Assembly (NCBI GenBank): GCA_964410905.1
Contig: CAYPIR010000008.1
Span: 19,019-83,018, forward strand
Direction of reading: 5' to 3'
DNA: 64,000 nt
Source of the DNA: an uncultured bacterium
Lineage (GTDB): Bacteria > Omnitrophota > Omnitrophia > Omnitrophales > Aquincolibacteriaceae
The notes under the pieces were generated by a model. The model was given only the letters and a program-made list of their open reading frames with translations, ran no database searches and was not told the DNA's origin. The translations under genes were made by a program, and so were the position numbers. Below are positions 7,709-17,766 of the stretch, piece after piece. Positions within the stretch are counted from its first letter, which is position 1, and every line of letters starts with the position of its first letter.

Positions 7709-10700
7709 ATGCAAAAAAAAATCGTGATTGGCCCCGCGGGCTGCGGCAAAACGCATCGGCTTATTGGCGAATTTGCCCAAAAGATTGTATCAAGCGGGTC
7801 TTTGTTTGAAGATGAATTTTATTTTTTAGTCCCCTCCGCTGAACATACCAAACGAGTAATTTCACTTTTGATGGATCGTCTTAAAGAAAAAAGTCTGCAT
7901 GGCTTTTTTCAAAAAAGAGTAACAACGCTTTCGCAGCTTATCACAAATCTTCTTCCCGATGTCTCAAACGACATAATTTCTGACGCGGAACGCCGAGAGA
8001 TTATTCTCAAAATTCTAAATACAAACGAAATAGACTTTTTCAAATCAGCAATGCGTTCAGAACAGTTTTCGCGCGCACTAGGCGAATTTATCTTGGAATT
8101 AAAAGAAGCGAATTTAGATGAGATTTCCTTCAGAGAAAAAATGAACAACATCAAAAAACACAACAAGTCCTTTGAGACGAAATACGAAGCGCTAGCAGTT
8201 TTTTTTGAGCTTTATAACGCGGAACTGACGGAAAGAAAACTATTAGAACGTCAGGACAAGGTTCGTAAGTTTTTAAATAAAAGCACGCATAAATTCAAAG
8301 AGCTTTGGCTTGACGGATTTTTTGATTTTAGCAATTTGCAAATAGAGATAATTAAAAAACTGAGTGAATGCACGGACAAAATTACCGTAACGATTACGGC
8401 CGATACGGCTAGAAATAGCCGCGATTTTTTTAAAGTTACGGACAGGATCAAAGAAGAATTGAAAAAAATAGGTTTTATTGAAGAAGAAACAACGCAAGAA
8501 AATAAACGGACAAGCGATAAGGCTTTAGCCGAACTCTCAAAAAAGATTTTTTGTTCGAGTAAAAAAGAGAAAAAATTTTTTGATACAGGAAACATAAAAA
8601 TTTTAGAATCTGTCGGGCTGGAAGGCGAAATTGAACAAATGGCGCGGCAGATTTATTTTTTAAAAAAAGAAAATCCGGCTAGGTATCTTTGGTGCGACTT
8701 CGCAGTTTTGTTTAGACAGATTGGACAATACGCAAGAATTATAGAATCTGTTTTTGACCGTTACGGAATTCCGGTTGAAATTCATGAGCGTGAAAAAACC
8801 AAAGCGGATTCTTTTTTTGCGGCGATAAAACATTTTTTACTTATCTTTCAAGAAGACGGATGGCAAAGAGAAAATATTTTTGGATTTTTAAAATCCCCAT
8901 ATGTTCAAAATAAAAACGCGGGCAAAGATTTTTTAGAGAAAAAAACGGAAATAGAAGGCGTATTTAAAGGGAAGGAGAATTGGATAAAAGATTGGGCTCG
9001 CGGCGGGGACGATGAAAATATAAAAGTTAATAATGAAAAAAAAGAAATATTTAAAGAGCTAGAAAGAATCGAAGGGGAATTTTATAAAGCAAAATCCGTA
9101 AGAGAGCATATAGGAATTTTGAAATCGGCGATTTATGAAACATTTAAAATGTGTGAAGTGAATAATTCTTACACAAAAGAAAATTTGCGTAATGCGGCCA
9201 GCGTTAAACGTCTCGATATTCTTCTTAAAGAAATCCAAAATAGTTTTTTTTCAAAACGTGGCGATATATCTTTCAAAGAGTTTAGCGAAAGGCTTTTAAA
9301 AATCATAGATGTGGATGTTTACTCAGTTCACGCCAGAGAGGAGAACAGGGTTCATATCTATGGTGTTTCGCTCGCGAGGCAAAAAGAATACAAAGTCGTT
9401 TTTGTGGCGGGCATAGAAGACGGTGTTTTCCCTCAACTCATTAGAGAAAACCCGTTTCTTTCAGACGAGGAAAGACGCGTTTTAAACGTCGACGCAAAAG
9501 ACAATGGCGGAAAGGTTTTGCGGGAGCAACTGCCTAAAAGTGATATCGAACGGTATCTTTTTTATATTGCAATTACACGTGCTAGCGAAAAACTTTTTTT
9601 GAGTTTTTCTTATACGGATTTTCACGGGAAAAAGAATTTGGCGTCGTCATTTCTTCAAGAGGTTAAAGATGTTTTTGATGGAAAAATCGAAATTTTGCAT
9701 ATGTCGCCGAATAATGTTTTTTTATCACCTGAAAATGCGATTACATTGCGAGAAAAAGAGAGAGCTTTCATTGGCGGTTTCTACGATAAAAGCAAAAAAC
9801 AGACAGCAGAAAATTTGCCTAAAAATCGCGAAACTTTAAATAGACTTTCACTCGCGACTCAGGATATAGAAAAACCGGAAAACATAAAGGTGCCCATTGA
9901 GCCGCAAACTCTTTCACCGTCCCGCCTTGAAGTTTACGCGCAATGTCCTTACAGATATTTTGCTGGCAAAGTCTTGAGGCTAGAAGATATTACGGATGAC
10001 GGGATTGCCGCCAAAAAGGGAATTGTCATCCACGCTGTTTTAAAGCAGTATTTTGAAACAGATAAAAAAACTGGAGAAATACTTCGCGAATTTATTAAAA
10101 AGGCAATGGAAGAAGAATTTGGCAAGATTAACTTTGCATGGAAATCATCGCGAGAAGAATTTCTTCTGAAATCTGATTTGATAGAGAAATTGGCGAAATT
10201 TATTGAATGGATGGAATTAGAGTCAGCGGAATCACGCGCGGGAGTTTTGCCATCAAAAACGGAGTTTGGATTAAAAGGACTACCATTAGATGTTGACGGC
10301 GAAAAATCGATTTTAATAAAAGGAACCGTTGATAGAATTGATACGGATGCCAAAAAAAACGCTTATGTCATTGACTATAAAACATCAAAAAGATTTGAGG
10401 CGAAAAAACTTTCAATAGGAACTGCGCTGCAGCTTCCGCTATATCTTGTGGCTGTAGCAGATGAACTTAAATTAACGCCAGCAGCAGGTGAGATTTTTAA
10501 TGTAAATAATAAGAAACGAAGCGGGTTTTATAACAATGAGATTGTTAAAAAAGAATATTTTGGACAAAAAGGGATTAATTGTTCATCGAATGATTTTAAG
10601 GAAAAAATTTTAAATCGCGCTCTTGCCTTTTCAAAGAAATATGCTCGTGAGATTTTGGCGTCAAAATTTCCCGCTCGTCCGCGTGAAAAATGTCCTGAAT

Positions 10701-10813
10701 ATTGCGCCTATGGTGATTTGTGTAGGCTCAGTGAAGATGAGAAAACGCAAATTCCTAAAAAAGTTCAAGAGGAAGATAAAAATGATCCTTTTTTGAGAGA
10801 ATTTTTTAAATAA
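7709..10813 (+). CDS. addB: ATP-dependent helicase/nuclease subunit B (AddB-type: inactive helicase-like N-terminus plus RecB-family nuclease with Fe-S cluster).
   Basis: Walker A GPAGCGKTH. C-terminal PD-(D/E)xK nuclease motif VIDYKTSK. Four-Cys staple CPYRYF...CPEYCAYGDLC. Confidence 0.8.
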   Translation: MQKKIVIGPAGCGKTHRLIGEFAQKIVSSGSLFEDEFYFLVPSAEHTKRVISLLMDRLKEKSLHGFFQKRVTTLSQLITNLLPDVSNDIISDAERREIILKILNTNEIDFFKSAMRSEQFSRALGEFILELKEANLDEISFREKMNNIKKHNKSFETKYEALAVFFELYNAELTERKLLERQDKVRKFLNKSTHKFKELWLDGFFDFSNLQIEIIKKLSECTDKITVTITADTARNSRDFFKVTDRIKEELKKIGFIEEETTQENKRTSDKALAELSKKIFCSSKKEKKFFDTGNIKILESVGLEGEIEQMARQIYFLKKENPARYLWCDFAVLFRQIGQYARIIESVFDRYGIPVEIHEREKTKADSFFAAIKHFLLIFQEDGWQRENIFGFLKSPYVQNKNAGKDFLEKKTEIEGVFKGKENWIKDWARGGDDENIKVNNEKKEIFKELERIEGEFYKAKSVREHIGILKSAIYETFKMCEVNNSYTKENLRNAASVKRLDILLKEIQNSFFSKRGDISFKEFSERLLKIIDVDVYSVHAREENRVHIYGVSLARQKEYKVVFVAGIEDGVFPQLIRENPFLSDEERRVLNVDAKDNGGKVLREQLPKSDIERYLFYIAITRASEKLFLSFSYTDFHGKKNLASSFLQEVKDVFDGKIEILHMSPNNVFLSPENAITLREKERAFIGGFYDKSKKQTAENLPKNRETLNRLSLATQDIEKPENIKVPIEPQTLSPSRLEVYAQCPYRYFAGKVLRLEDITDDGIAAKKGIVIHAVLKQYFETDKKTGEILREFIKKAMEEEFGKINFAWKSSREEFLLKSDLIEKLAKFIEWMELESAESRAGVLPSKTEFGLKGLPLDVDGEKSILIKGTVDRIDTDAKKNAYVIDYKTSKRFEAKKLSIGTALQLPLYLVAVADELKLTPAAGEIFNVNNKKRSGFYNNEIVKKEYFGQKGINCSSNDFKEKILNRALAFSKKYAREILASKFPARPREKCPEYCAYGDLCRLSEDEKTQIPKKVQEEDKNDPFLREFFK

Positions 10814-10884
10814 AATCAAAAATAAATTTTTGAAAAAGAATATTTTTAGTATAAAATGACCGCCTCTAATCAAGGAGGATGTAG

Positions 10885-11640
10885 ATGGCTTTAAAGAAAA
10901 TATTGCTTGCTGACGATGAGCCGGCAATTTTAGAGATTTTAGGGATACGGCTTCGCGCTTCAGGCTATGAAGTTGTTTTTGCTAGTGATGGTGAAGAAGT
11001 AGTTGAAAAAGCCGTTGTCGAAAAACCCGATCTTATTATTACAGATGTCATGATGCCTCGCCTTACGGGATATGAAGCTCTTCGTAAAATCCGAGCAATT
11101 CCTGAATTTTATAAAACGCCCGTACTTGTTATTTCCGCTCGCGAAAGCTGGAAGAATTATTTTTCTGATGTTTTAGATATCGAGTTTGTCGCCAAACCTT
11201 ATGACCTTAAGGAGATAGTAGCAAAAATCGACTCAATGCTAGATAATGGAAAAAACGTAAAAGTAAATTCCAAAATGGCGGTAGTGATTGGCGTAGAAGA
11301 CTTGCTTGTTTTTAAGATCAAATCCCTTCTTACGGCTATTGGTTATGACGTTATTGTGGAACATACGGAATTGGCCGCGATTTCCGTTATTCACAAAAAA
11401 CGTCCTAAACTGGTAATTGCTCAATTTTGGGAAGATGCTGCTATTTTGGACGCGACAAAAATTTATGCGGGTTCAATTAAAAATGGCGAAGAAATTACGC
11501 CGGTCTACGCGTATTGCAAAGAAGCTATTTCTCTGGAGGCAAAAAAGACGTTTAAAGGCGACAGGCTTATAACTTACAACGATAGTTCCTCTCTTATATC
11601 CAAACTCTCTTCACTCATTCCCAAAGTTGCGATTGCTTAG
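10885..11640 (+). CDS. Response regulator with an N-terminal receiver domain and a second, degenerate receiver-like domain; no DNA-binding output domain.
   Basis: DDEP...ITDVMMP...KP receiver motifs in the first half. The second half (VVIGVED...) is receiver-like but lacks the phospho-Asp context. Strong GGAGG RBS. Confidence 0.7.
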   Translation: MALKKILLADDEPAILEILGIRLRASGYEVVFASDGEEVVEKAVVEKPDLIITDVMMPRLTGYEALRKIRAIPEFYKTPVLVISARESWKNYFSDVLDIEFVAKPYDLKEIVAKIDSMLDNGKNVKVNSKMAVVIGVEDLLVFKIKSLLTAIGYDVIVEHTELAAISVIHKKRPKLVIAQFWEDAAILDATKIYAGSIKNGEEITPVYAYCKEAISLEAKKTFKGDRLITYNDSSSLISKLSSLIPKVAIA

Positions 11641-11701
11641 CAATAGCAGCGGCGTATTAACTTTACAGCTCTTTTTCATAAACTCGATAGTTTCTACAAA
11701 A

Positions 11702-13648
11702 CTAAACCCTCAATTGTTTTTCGGCGTCTACAATGTCGCGGTCGATTAAGTCTCTTGCTCGTCTTGCTTTTGCCCGAAGCGATTCTGACGCTTTTGGCGC
11801 ATTCGCAATTTCTCTTAAAAGCTGAATTACCATTCGTATATAACGGACAAGACTTCCTTCATCGGTTGGAGTTAGCGTGCAGACTCTTTCAAAATCTACG
11901 CCGCGGGTCCACGCGTCAATGGCTTTGGAAAGATGAAAATACGGCGGTTTAGTAAACGGTGTAATGCGAAAATGTGACTCCCATTTGAAAACCATTTTGT
12001 GATAATGCTGAGTTAATTTTAAAAGTTCCTCGTGTTGCTTTGAAAGACGCGGCGGAATTTCATTTTTTCTTGGTTCAAAAATAAGACCCGCCAAAAAAAC
12101 ATTAAGCCCCGCTTCGTCCAGCCGTTCAAGAGCGCCGTCCGTATACATTTCTGTCAGCAAGAGTTCAAAACCAAAAATTGATGCGGCAAACTCGCCTTTA
12201 TCCGTAAGCCCTGTTTCTGTCAAATAACCCATTTCAGTCAAAAGTGCTATTTTGTTTTTCAAAAGCTCAAGCCCTGCCTCGCGTCCTTGTTTTGATGATT
12301 GAAAATAATGGAATGATTTTGGATAAATTTCCAAAAGGCGCAGGCCAAGATTTCGATAAAGACTGAGTAAAGTGGCGTAAGTTGCGTTTAATTGACTTCG
12401 GACTGGTTCGGGGCGACCTAAAATAATGCGTTCGACTTCGGGGAACGATATGTCGTTTGGATGAATTCGGCAATAAACAAATCCTTCAGAATCCATTCCT
12501 CGTCTGCCCGCGCGTCCTGCCATTTGGTAAAAATCACGAGTTGTGAGAGGTTTAAAACCCGTGCCATAAAATTTTTCCATCTCGTCAAATATAACCGCGC
12601 GAGCCGGCATATTAATTCCGAGAGAGAAGGTTTCTGTTGTGAATATAAGTTTTAACAGCCTGCTTGTAAAAAGGCGTTCGACAACTTCTTTTAGAGTGGG
12701 TAGCATTCCAGCGTGATGGTACGCGATGCCTTGCATTATGATAGGCCGTATTTCTTCAGCCGTTTTATCATTCATGAGATCATAACGCGCCAAGAGTTCA
12801 TCATAAAGCGTGACGATTTGTTTGCGTTCTGTTTGTCGTAGCAAATCAAAATGCATCGCGTCCCATGCGAGTTGAGCGGTTTTCTTTCGACTGAACGCAA
12901 AATAAACAGCGGGAAGTTGGTTTTCTCCTATTAAGTGATTGAGAAGCGCCCACAATTTATTGGGGAGAGCTCGCGGAGCACGAAACCCGCGTCTGCGTTC
13001 GCGGCTTGATAATTGCCAATTATCACGCTGCATATAACCTTCTTTGCGAAGTGATTTTGTATTAGTGATTATTTTGTTTTGACACTGAAATGAAAAATGA
13101 AGAGGGACGGGACGGTGAGATTCTTCAATCACAACGAAAGAGCGGTTGTGTATTTGTTCAAGCCAAGCGGCAAGTTCTCTGACGTTTGGGATAGTCGCGC
13201 TTAACGCTAGAATGTGAATATGCGGCGGAGTAAAGAGCAAGGCTTCTTCCCAAACTGTTCCGCGCTCTTGATTGTCTAGGTAATGAACCTCGTCAAAAAT
13301 TACCCACGCGACATTTTTAATTCTTTTTGCGTCTTCCAAAAGCGAGTTTCTATAAATTTCCGTGGTCATGATTCGTATGGATGCTTCAGGATTAATTGAA
13401 ACATCGCCTGTCAAAATTCCGACAGAATCTTTACCAAAACGGTTTTGAAAGTCGCGAAATTTTTGATTGCTAAGGGCTTTTATCGGCGCGGTATAAATTA
13501 CGGATTGTCTTTTCGATAGAGCCTTCTCAATGGCGTTTTCCGCTATAAGAGTTTTCCCCGAGCCCGTTGGGGCGGAAATGAGGAGACACTGCTCTTTTCC
13601 TATTTCTTCGATGGCTTTAAGTTGAAATGGGTCAAGTGTAAAAGGCAT
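11702..13648 (-). CDS. Ski2-like superfamily 2 DEAD/DEAH-box helicase.
   Basis: SAPTGSGKT (motif I) and FDEVHYL (DEVH motif II). HAGM...FTTETFSLGINMPA (motifs IV-VI region). Confidence 0.8.
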   Translation of the reverse strand: MPFTLDPFQLKAIEEIGKEQCLLISAPTGSGKTLIAENAIEKALSKRQSVIYTAPIKALSNQKFRDFQNRFGKDSVGILTGDVSINPEASIRIMTTEIYRNSLLEDAKRIKNVAWVIFDEVHYLDNQERGTVWEEALLFTPPHIHILALSATIPNVRELAAWLEQIHNRSFVVIEESHRPVPLHFSFQCQNKIITNTKSLRKEGYMQRDNWQLSSRERRRGFRAPRALPNKLWALLNHLIGENQLPAVYFAFSRKKTAQLAWDAMHFDLLRQTERKQIVTLYDELLARYDLMNDKTAEEIRPIIMQGIAYHHAGMLPTLKEVVERLFTSRLLKLIFTTETFSLGINMPARAVIFDEMEKFYGTGFKPLTTRDFYQMAGRAGRRGMDSEGFVYCRIHPNDISFPEVERIILGRPEPVRSQLNATYATLLSLYRNLGLRLLEIYPKSFHYFQSSKQGREAGLELLKNKIALLTEMGYLTETGLTDKGEFAASIFGFELLLTEMYTDGALERLDEAGLNVFLAGLIFEPRKNEIPPRLSKQHEELLKLTQHYHKMVFKWESHFRITPFTKPPYFHLSKAIDAWTRGVDFERVCTLTPTDEGSLVRYIRMVIQLLREIANAPKASESLRAKARRARDLIDRDIVDAEKQLRV

Positions 13649-13801
13649 AGCCGCAAGTATAACGCAAAGTGTTTGGTAAAAATAGCGGGCTGTGTTTTTG
13701 GGGCGTTATTTTAGGTTGCGGCAGCAGCAAAGTTCGTCTAGTCTATCGCGGTTTATTAATAATTTTGCGGGCGGTTTTAAAGAAATAAAGAAAGTTAAAA
13801 T

Positions 13802-14368
13802 ATGAGTTTTTTAAAGGCGGGTTTTATTTTTGTTTTTGCAAGTTTGTGTTTTTTTACGCAAAAAAACATTGCTTCAGCGGATGACGCGGCAGAAGCTACT
13901 CCCGCATTGACTTTGCTCGGCGCGTCCCTGCCCGTAGAGCAAGAACAGGTTAAAGAGGCTGCCGCTGAAGCAGCTGATCCTCTCCCGCCTATTGTGGAGT
14001 CCCAAGCGTATAAAGCATTTTTGAAAAAGCCTGTGAATAATCTTTCTAAAATGTTTTGTATTTTGAATTATTTCCGTCCGCTTTCCGCTTCGGTTAGATA
14101 TGAAGGCATAGATTATCCAATGGCAATCGCGTATCCCGCGGGAATGATTTATTTGATGACGCATTATAAAAAAGAAGAGCCTGTCGATTGGGCGGAACAA
14201 AATTGCTATCGCTCGCTCATTAAAAACGAAATAATTTATCTGAAATTAGAAGATGGGGAAATGCTTGTCCTGCGGGATGTTTTGCTTAATAAATTTGCAG
14301 AACTTGAAAAAGCGATTGCTGCTGGGGCGCAAGCGCAAGGAGACGTGAAAAATGTCTATGGACGTTAA
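13802..14368 (+). CDS. Hypothetical secreted protein.
   Basis: N-terminal hydrophobic signal-like segment FIFVFASLCFF...ASA. No recognisable catalytic motif. Confidence 0.45.
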   Translation: MSFLKAGFIFVFASLCFFTQKNIASADDAAEATPALTLLGASLPVEQEQVKEAAAEAADPLPPIVESQAYKAFLKKPVNNLSKMFCILNYFRPLSASVRYEGIDYPMAIAYPAGMIYLMTHYKKEEPVDWAEQNCYRSLIKNEIIYLKLEDGEMLVLRDVLLNKFAELEKAIAAGAQAQGDVKNVYGR

Positions 14369-14570
14369 GGCCGTGAGGTCGCAAGAGCTTGCGCTTGTCG
14401 GATATGATAAGGATAAAAATCTTTTGGAAATAACGTTTAGACGCGGCGGCGTTTATCTTTATCGCGATGTTCCCCAAAATGTTTACGAATCACTTTTGCT
14501 AGCGGAATCTCTCGGCATATTTTTCCAAAAAGAAATTAAAGAAAAATACATTTGCGAAAAAATCCGCTAG
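14352..14570 (+). CDS. KTSC-domain small protein.
   Basis: 72 aa with the KTSC-like pattern YDxxxxxLEItFrrGgvYlYrdVPqnVYesLllAeSlGiFF. Overlaps the upstream gene by 17 nt. Confidence 0.55.
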   Translation: MSMDVKAVRSQELALVGYDKDKNLLEITFRRGGVYLYRDVPQNVYESLLLAESLGIFFQKEIKEKYICEKIR

Positions 14571-14737
14571 AGTTTTAATGATTTAATTTTTTTACTTGCG
14601 CCGCTGCCCATTTTTACATTATGGCTAGTCCTTCTGAAAAATGAGAATGGATTGGTTTTAAACCTGACGCGCAACTTGTTGCGATATTTCCCACGAAAGA
14701 CTTGGAGCATGCTTAAGCATAACTCTAAAGGAAATCT

Positions 14738-16015
14738 ATGAAAGAATTCTCTGCCGCAATTATTGGCGGCGGAATTTCAGGTCTTAGTCTTGCCCGCCTT
14801 CTAATAAAAGAAAAAAACATCCCTTCGCAATCTCTGCTTTTATTGGAAGCGAACAACCGACTTGGCGGAATTATAGAAACATATCAGCGAAAAGGGTTTG
14901 AAATAGAAGCCGCAGTTGACAGCATATCCGCCGGCAGCCGCAAAACGCAAGAGTTCTTAAAATCGTTGAATGTTTTTTCTCAGGCAAAAACAGTTTTCCC
15001 TTTGATGAAGCGGATAGGGATTAGAAAGGAAAATGGGGAAGCGTATCTTTTTAATAAAAAAATATTGTTTTTAAAATATGAGGGTTTGACGGCGCGAGAA
15101 AAAATTAGAGCTATTTTGGGTGTTTTTATGGCGCGTAAAAGATCAAACAAGGAGTCATTGGCGGATTTTTTTTCTAGCCGATTTGGAGAAGGTTTTTTCA
15201 AAAAAATAGTAAAACCTATCGCCGAAGGGCTTTTTATGTCGCCGGCAGAAGCTCTTGCCGCCGAGGTTTGCTTTGCGAATGATTTTGAACTAAATAAATC
15301 AAAAGCCAGCTTGTTCTATAATTTTACGGAAGGACTTGAAACGATAGTTTGTGCGATAAGAAAAGAAATAAGCCAAGCAAATGTGCTTTTGAATTCCAAG
15401 GCGGCGGCAATAAGTAAGCCGCGTAACCAGTGGATTGTTGAAACGGCGGGCGGCGAAAAGTTTTTTTCTGACAAGATTTTTTTGGCTGTCCCGCTACGAG
15501 AGTCCGCGGAATTATTAAAAAATGTGGACGCGGACATTTGCGGTGAAATAGAAAAAATCACATTGCAGGATATCGCAAGCGTTGGAATGATTTTTAAAAA
15601 AAGTGATTTGCCAGAGCCGTTGCGAAAACGGTCAGTTTGGGTTTCGGCGAATATTGGCAAAAGCTCGTTTGATTCTCTTAAAGTGCTGGAATATAAAAAC
15701 GATGAGGAATTATTGTTTTTGAGAGCGTTTGTCGGTTCCGGATTCCATGGAGACGGGTTGAAATTGAATGACTCGAATTTGGAAAGAGAAGTTTTATCAG
15801 AGATTAAAATGAAATGGGGAGTTTTAAATAATCCGCTTTTGACAAATATAAAACGATACGAAAAAGTTTTCCCCTGCTATGATATTGAATATTCTGCCAG
15901 AGTTAATAAAATAAAAAATCTTCTAAAAAGACACCAAGGGCTTTATATGCTTGGCAGCAGATTTGGCATCGCGGGCTGTATTGGTGAGGCGCGGGAAATT
16001 GTTCAACAAATTTAA
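14738..16015 (+). CDS. FAD-dependent oxidoreductase (protoporphyrinogen-oxidase/amine-oxidase-like fold).
   Basis: N-terminal dinucleotide-binding motif AIIGGGISGLSLA; length about 425 aa. Confidence 0.65.
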   Translation: MKEFSAAIIGGGISGLSLARLLIKEKNIPSQSLLLLEANNRLGGIIETYQRKGFEIEAAVDSISAGSRKTQEFLKSLNVFSQAKTVFPLMKRIGIRKENGEAYLFNKKILFLKYEGLTAREKIRAILGVFMARKRSNKESLADFFSSRFGEGFFKKIVKPIAEGLFMSPAEALAAEVCFANDFELNKSKASLFYNFTEGLETIVCAIRKEISQANVLLNSKAAAISKPRNQWIVETAGGEKFFSDKIFLAVPLRESAELLKNVDADICGEIEKITLQDIASVGMIFKKSDLPEPLRKRSVWVSANIGKSSFDSLKVLEYKNDEELLFLRAFVGSGFHGDGLKLNDSNLEREVLSEIKMKWGVLNNPLLTNIKRYEKVFPCYDIEYSARVNKIKNLLKRHQGLYMLGSRFGIAGCIGEAREIVQQI

Positions 16016-16033
16016 ATTATAAAGAGGTGGCAA

Positions 16034-17425
16034 GTGAAAGATATTAAAATTACTTTGTCTGAAAAAGAAATTCCCAAGAAATGGTATAACCTCGCGGCTG
16101 ATTTGCCTACACCGATACTTCCTCCAGTAACGCCGGACGGCATACCTGTTTCGCCTAAAATGCTTGAAAAAATTTTCCCTAATAATTTGATAGACCAAGA
16201 GATTAGCACGGACAGATGGATCGATATTCCCGAAGAGGTTTTGGGAATGCTTACGCGCTGGAGACCCGCGCCTCTTCGCCGAGCGGTCTTTCTTGAAAAA
16301 TATTTAAAAACGCCCGCGAAAATTTATTATAAAGACGAAAGCGTCAGCCCTGCCGGAAGTCATAAGCCTAATACGGCGGTCGCGCAGGCTTGGTATAACA
16401 AACAATTCGGCATAAAGAAACTGACCACTGAAACAGGCGCGGGGCAATGGGGAAGCGCGATTGCTTTTGCCGCGAAGTTAGTCGGGCTTGAATGCAAAGT
16501 GTTTATGGTTCGCATTAGTTTTGAGCAGAAGCCGTTTCGTAAAAGTTTGATGAGAGTTTGGGGCGCCGACTGCATTGCCAGCCCAAGCAATGAAACGCAA
16601 GCAGGCAGAGACATTTTAAAACGCGAGCCTAAAACTCCGGGAAGTCTTGGTATTGCTATAAGCGAAGCTATAGAAGTGGCTGTCGGCGATCCAAGCGGAC
16701 AAACTCGTTATTGTCTCGGCAGCGTTCTAAATCACGTTATGCTGCATCAAACAATAATCGGGCTTGAGGCGAAAAAACAATTAGCGCTTGCTGGAATAAA
16801 AAAACCGGACATAGTAATAGGCTGCGCGGGCGGCGGTTCTAACTTTGCCGGTCTTTCGTTTCCATTCGTGCAGGATAAAATTAATGGTGAGAAAATTCGC
16901 ATTATCCCCGTTGAGCCGACAGCGTGTCCGACTCTTACGCGCGGACCATTTAGTTATGACCATGGCGATGTGGCAAAAATGACGCCGCTTTTTCCTATGC
17001 ACACATTGGGACATCATTTTATTCCAGAGCCGATTCACGCGGGCGGGCTTCGGTATCACGGAATGTCGCCGCTTGTAAGTCAAGCTGTTGTGGAAGGGCT
17101 TCTTGAACCGCGGGCTGTCGACCAGCTGAAATGTTATGAAGCCGCGCTTTTATGGGCGCAGACAGAAGGAACGGTTTGCGCGCCGGAAACAAGCCATGCC
17201 ATTGCTTGCGCGATTGAGGAAGCGGTAAGAGCGAGAGAAGAAGGGAAGGAAAAAACAATTGTTTTTTGCTATAGCGGGCATGGGCTTATGGACTTGGCGG
17301 GTTATGACCGATATTTGAATGGAGAGTTGAAAGAATATTCTCTGCCTGAAGATTTGCTAAGGGAATCTATTGCCGGTATCAATCATCACCCGAAACCTGA
17401 AATTAGAAAGAGTGGGAAATGGTAA
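16034..17425 (+). CDS. TrpB-like PLP-dependent enzyme (tryptophan synthase beta-related TrpB2 family).
   Basis: PLP-lysine motif SHKPNTA, glycine-rich [11 protein letters not shown] loop, about 460 aa as in TrpB2. GTG start with an AGAGGTGG RBS. Confidence 0.75.
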   Translation: MKDIKITLSEKEIPKKWYNLAADLPTPILPPVTPDGIPVSPKMLEKIFPNNLIDQEISTDRWIDIPEEVLGMLTRWRPAPLRRAVFLEKYLKTPAKIYYKDESVSPAGSHKPNTAVAQAWYNKQFGIKKLTTETGAGQWGSAIAFAAKLVGLECKVFMVRISFEQKPFRKSLMRVWGADCIASPSNETQAGRDILKREPKTPGSLGIAISEAIEVAVGDPSGQTRYCLGSVLNHVMLHQTIIGLEAKKQLALAGIKKPDIVIGCAGGGSNFAGLSFPFVQDKINGEKIRIIPVEPTACPTLTRGPFSYDHGDVAKMTPLFPMHTLGHHFIPEPIHAGGLRYHGMSPLVSQAVVEGLLEPRAVDQLKCYEAALLWAQTEGTVCAPETSHAIACAIEEAVRAREEGKEKTIVFCYSGHGLMDLAGYDRYLNGELKEYSLPEDLLRESIAGINHHPKPEIRKSGKW

Positions 17426-17766
17426 AAAAAATATTAGCAATGTTTTGTTTTTTGGGATTTTTTGCGGGCTGCTCCGCGCCGAGCGATTCCATTCCTGATA
17501 TTCCGCAAAATCACCCCGCGCAAAAATTTTATAAGTCCGCGCAAACCGGAATGCTGTCGGACAAAGTCTGTAAAGATTTGAATGGGCGGGTGGATATTTC
17601 TGCCAGCGCGATAAACGAAGGCGATAAATTTTTGAAGGCGAAAGATATTTTGCCGGGAGTTTTTTTATTCAGCCCTAAGGATTCCAACAGAAAATATCTT
17701 GGAGTTTCATTTATGCAATATAGCGGATTTATTCAAATTCCAAAAGTTTGTTATTGGGAAAACTAG
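17419..17766 (+). CDS. Small lipoprotein of unknown function.
   Basis: Signal peptide with lipobox FFAGC. Confidence 0.45.
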   Translation: MVKKILAMFCFLGFFAGCSAPSDSIPDIPQNHPAQKFYKSAQTGMLSDKVCKDLNGRVDISASAINEGDKFLKAKDILPGVFLFSPKDSNRKYLGVSFMQYSGFIQIPKVCYWEN

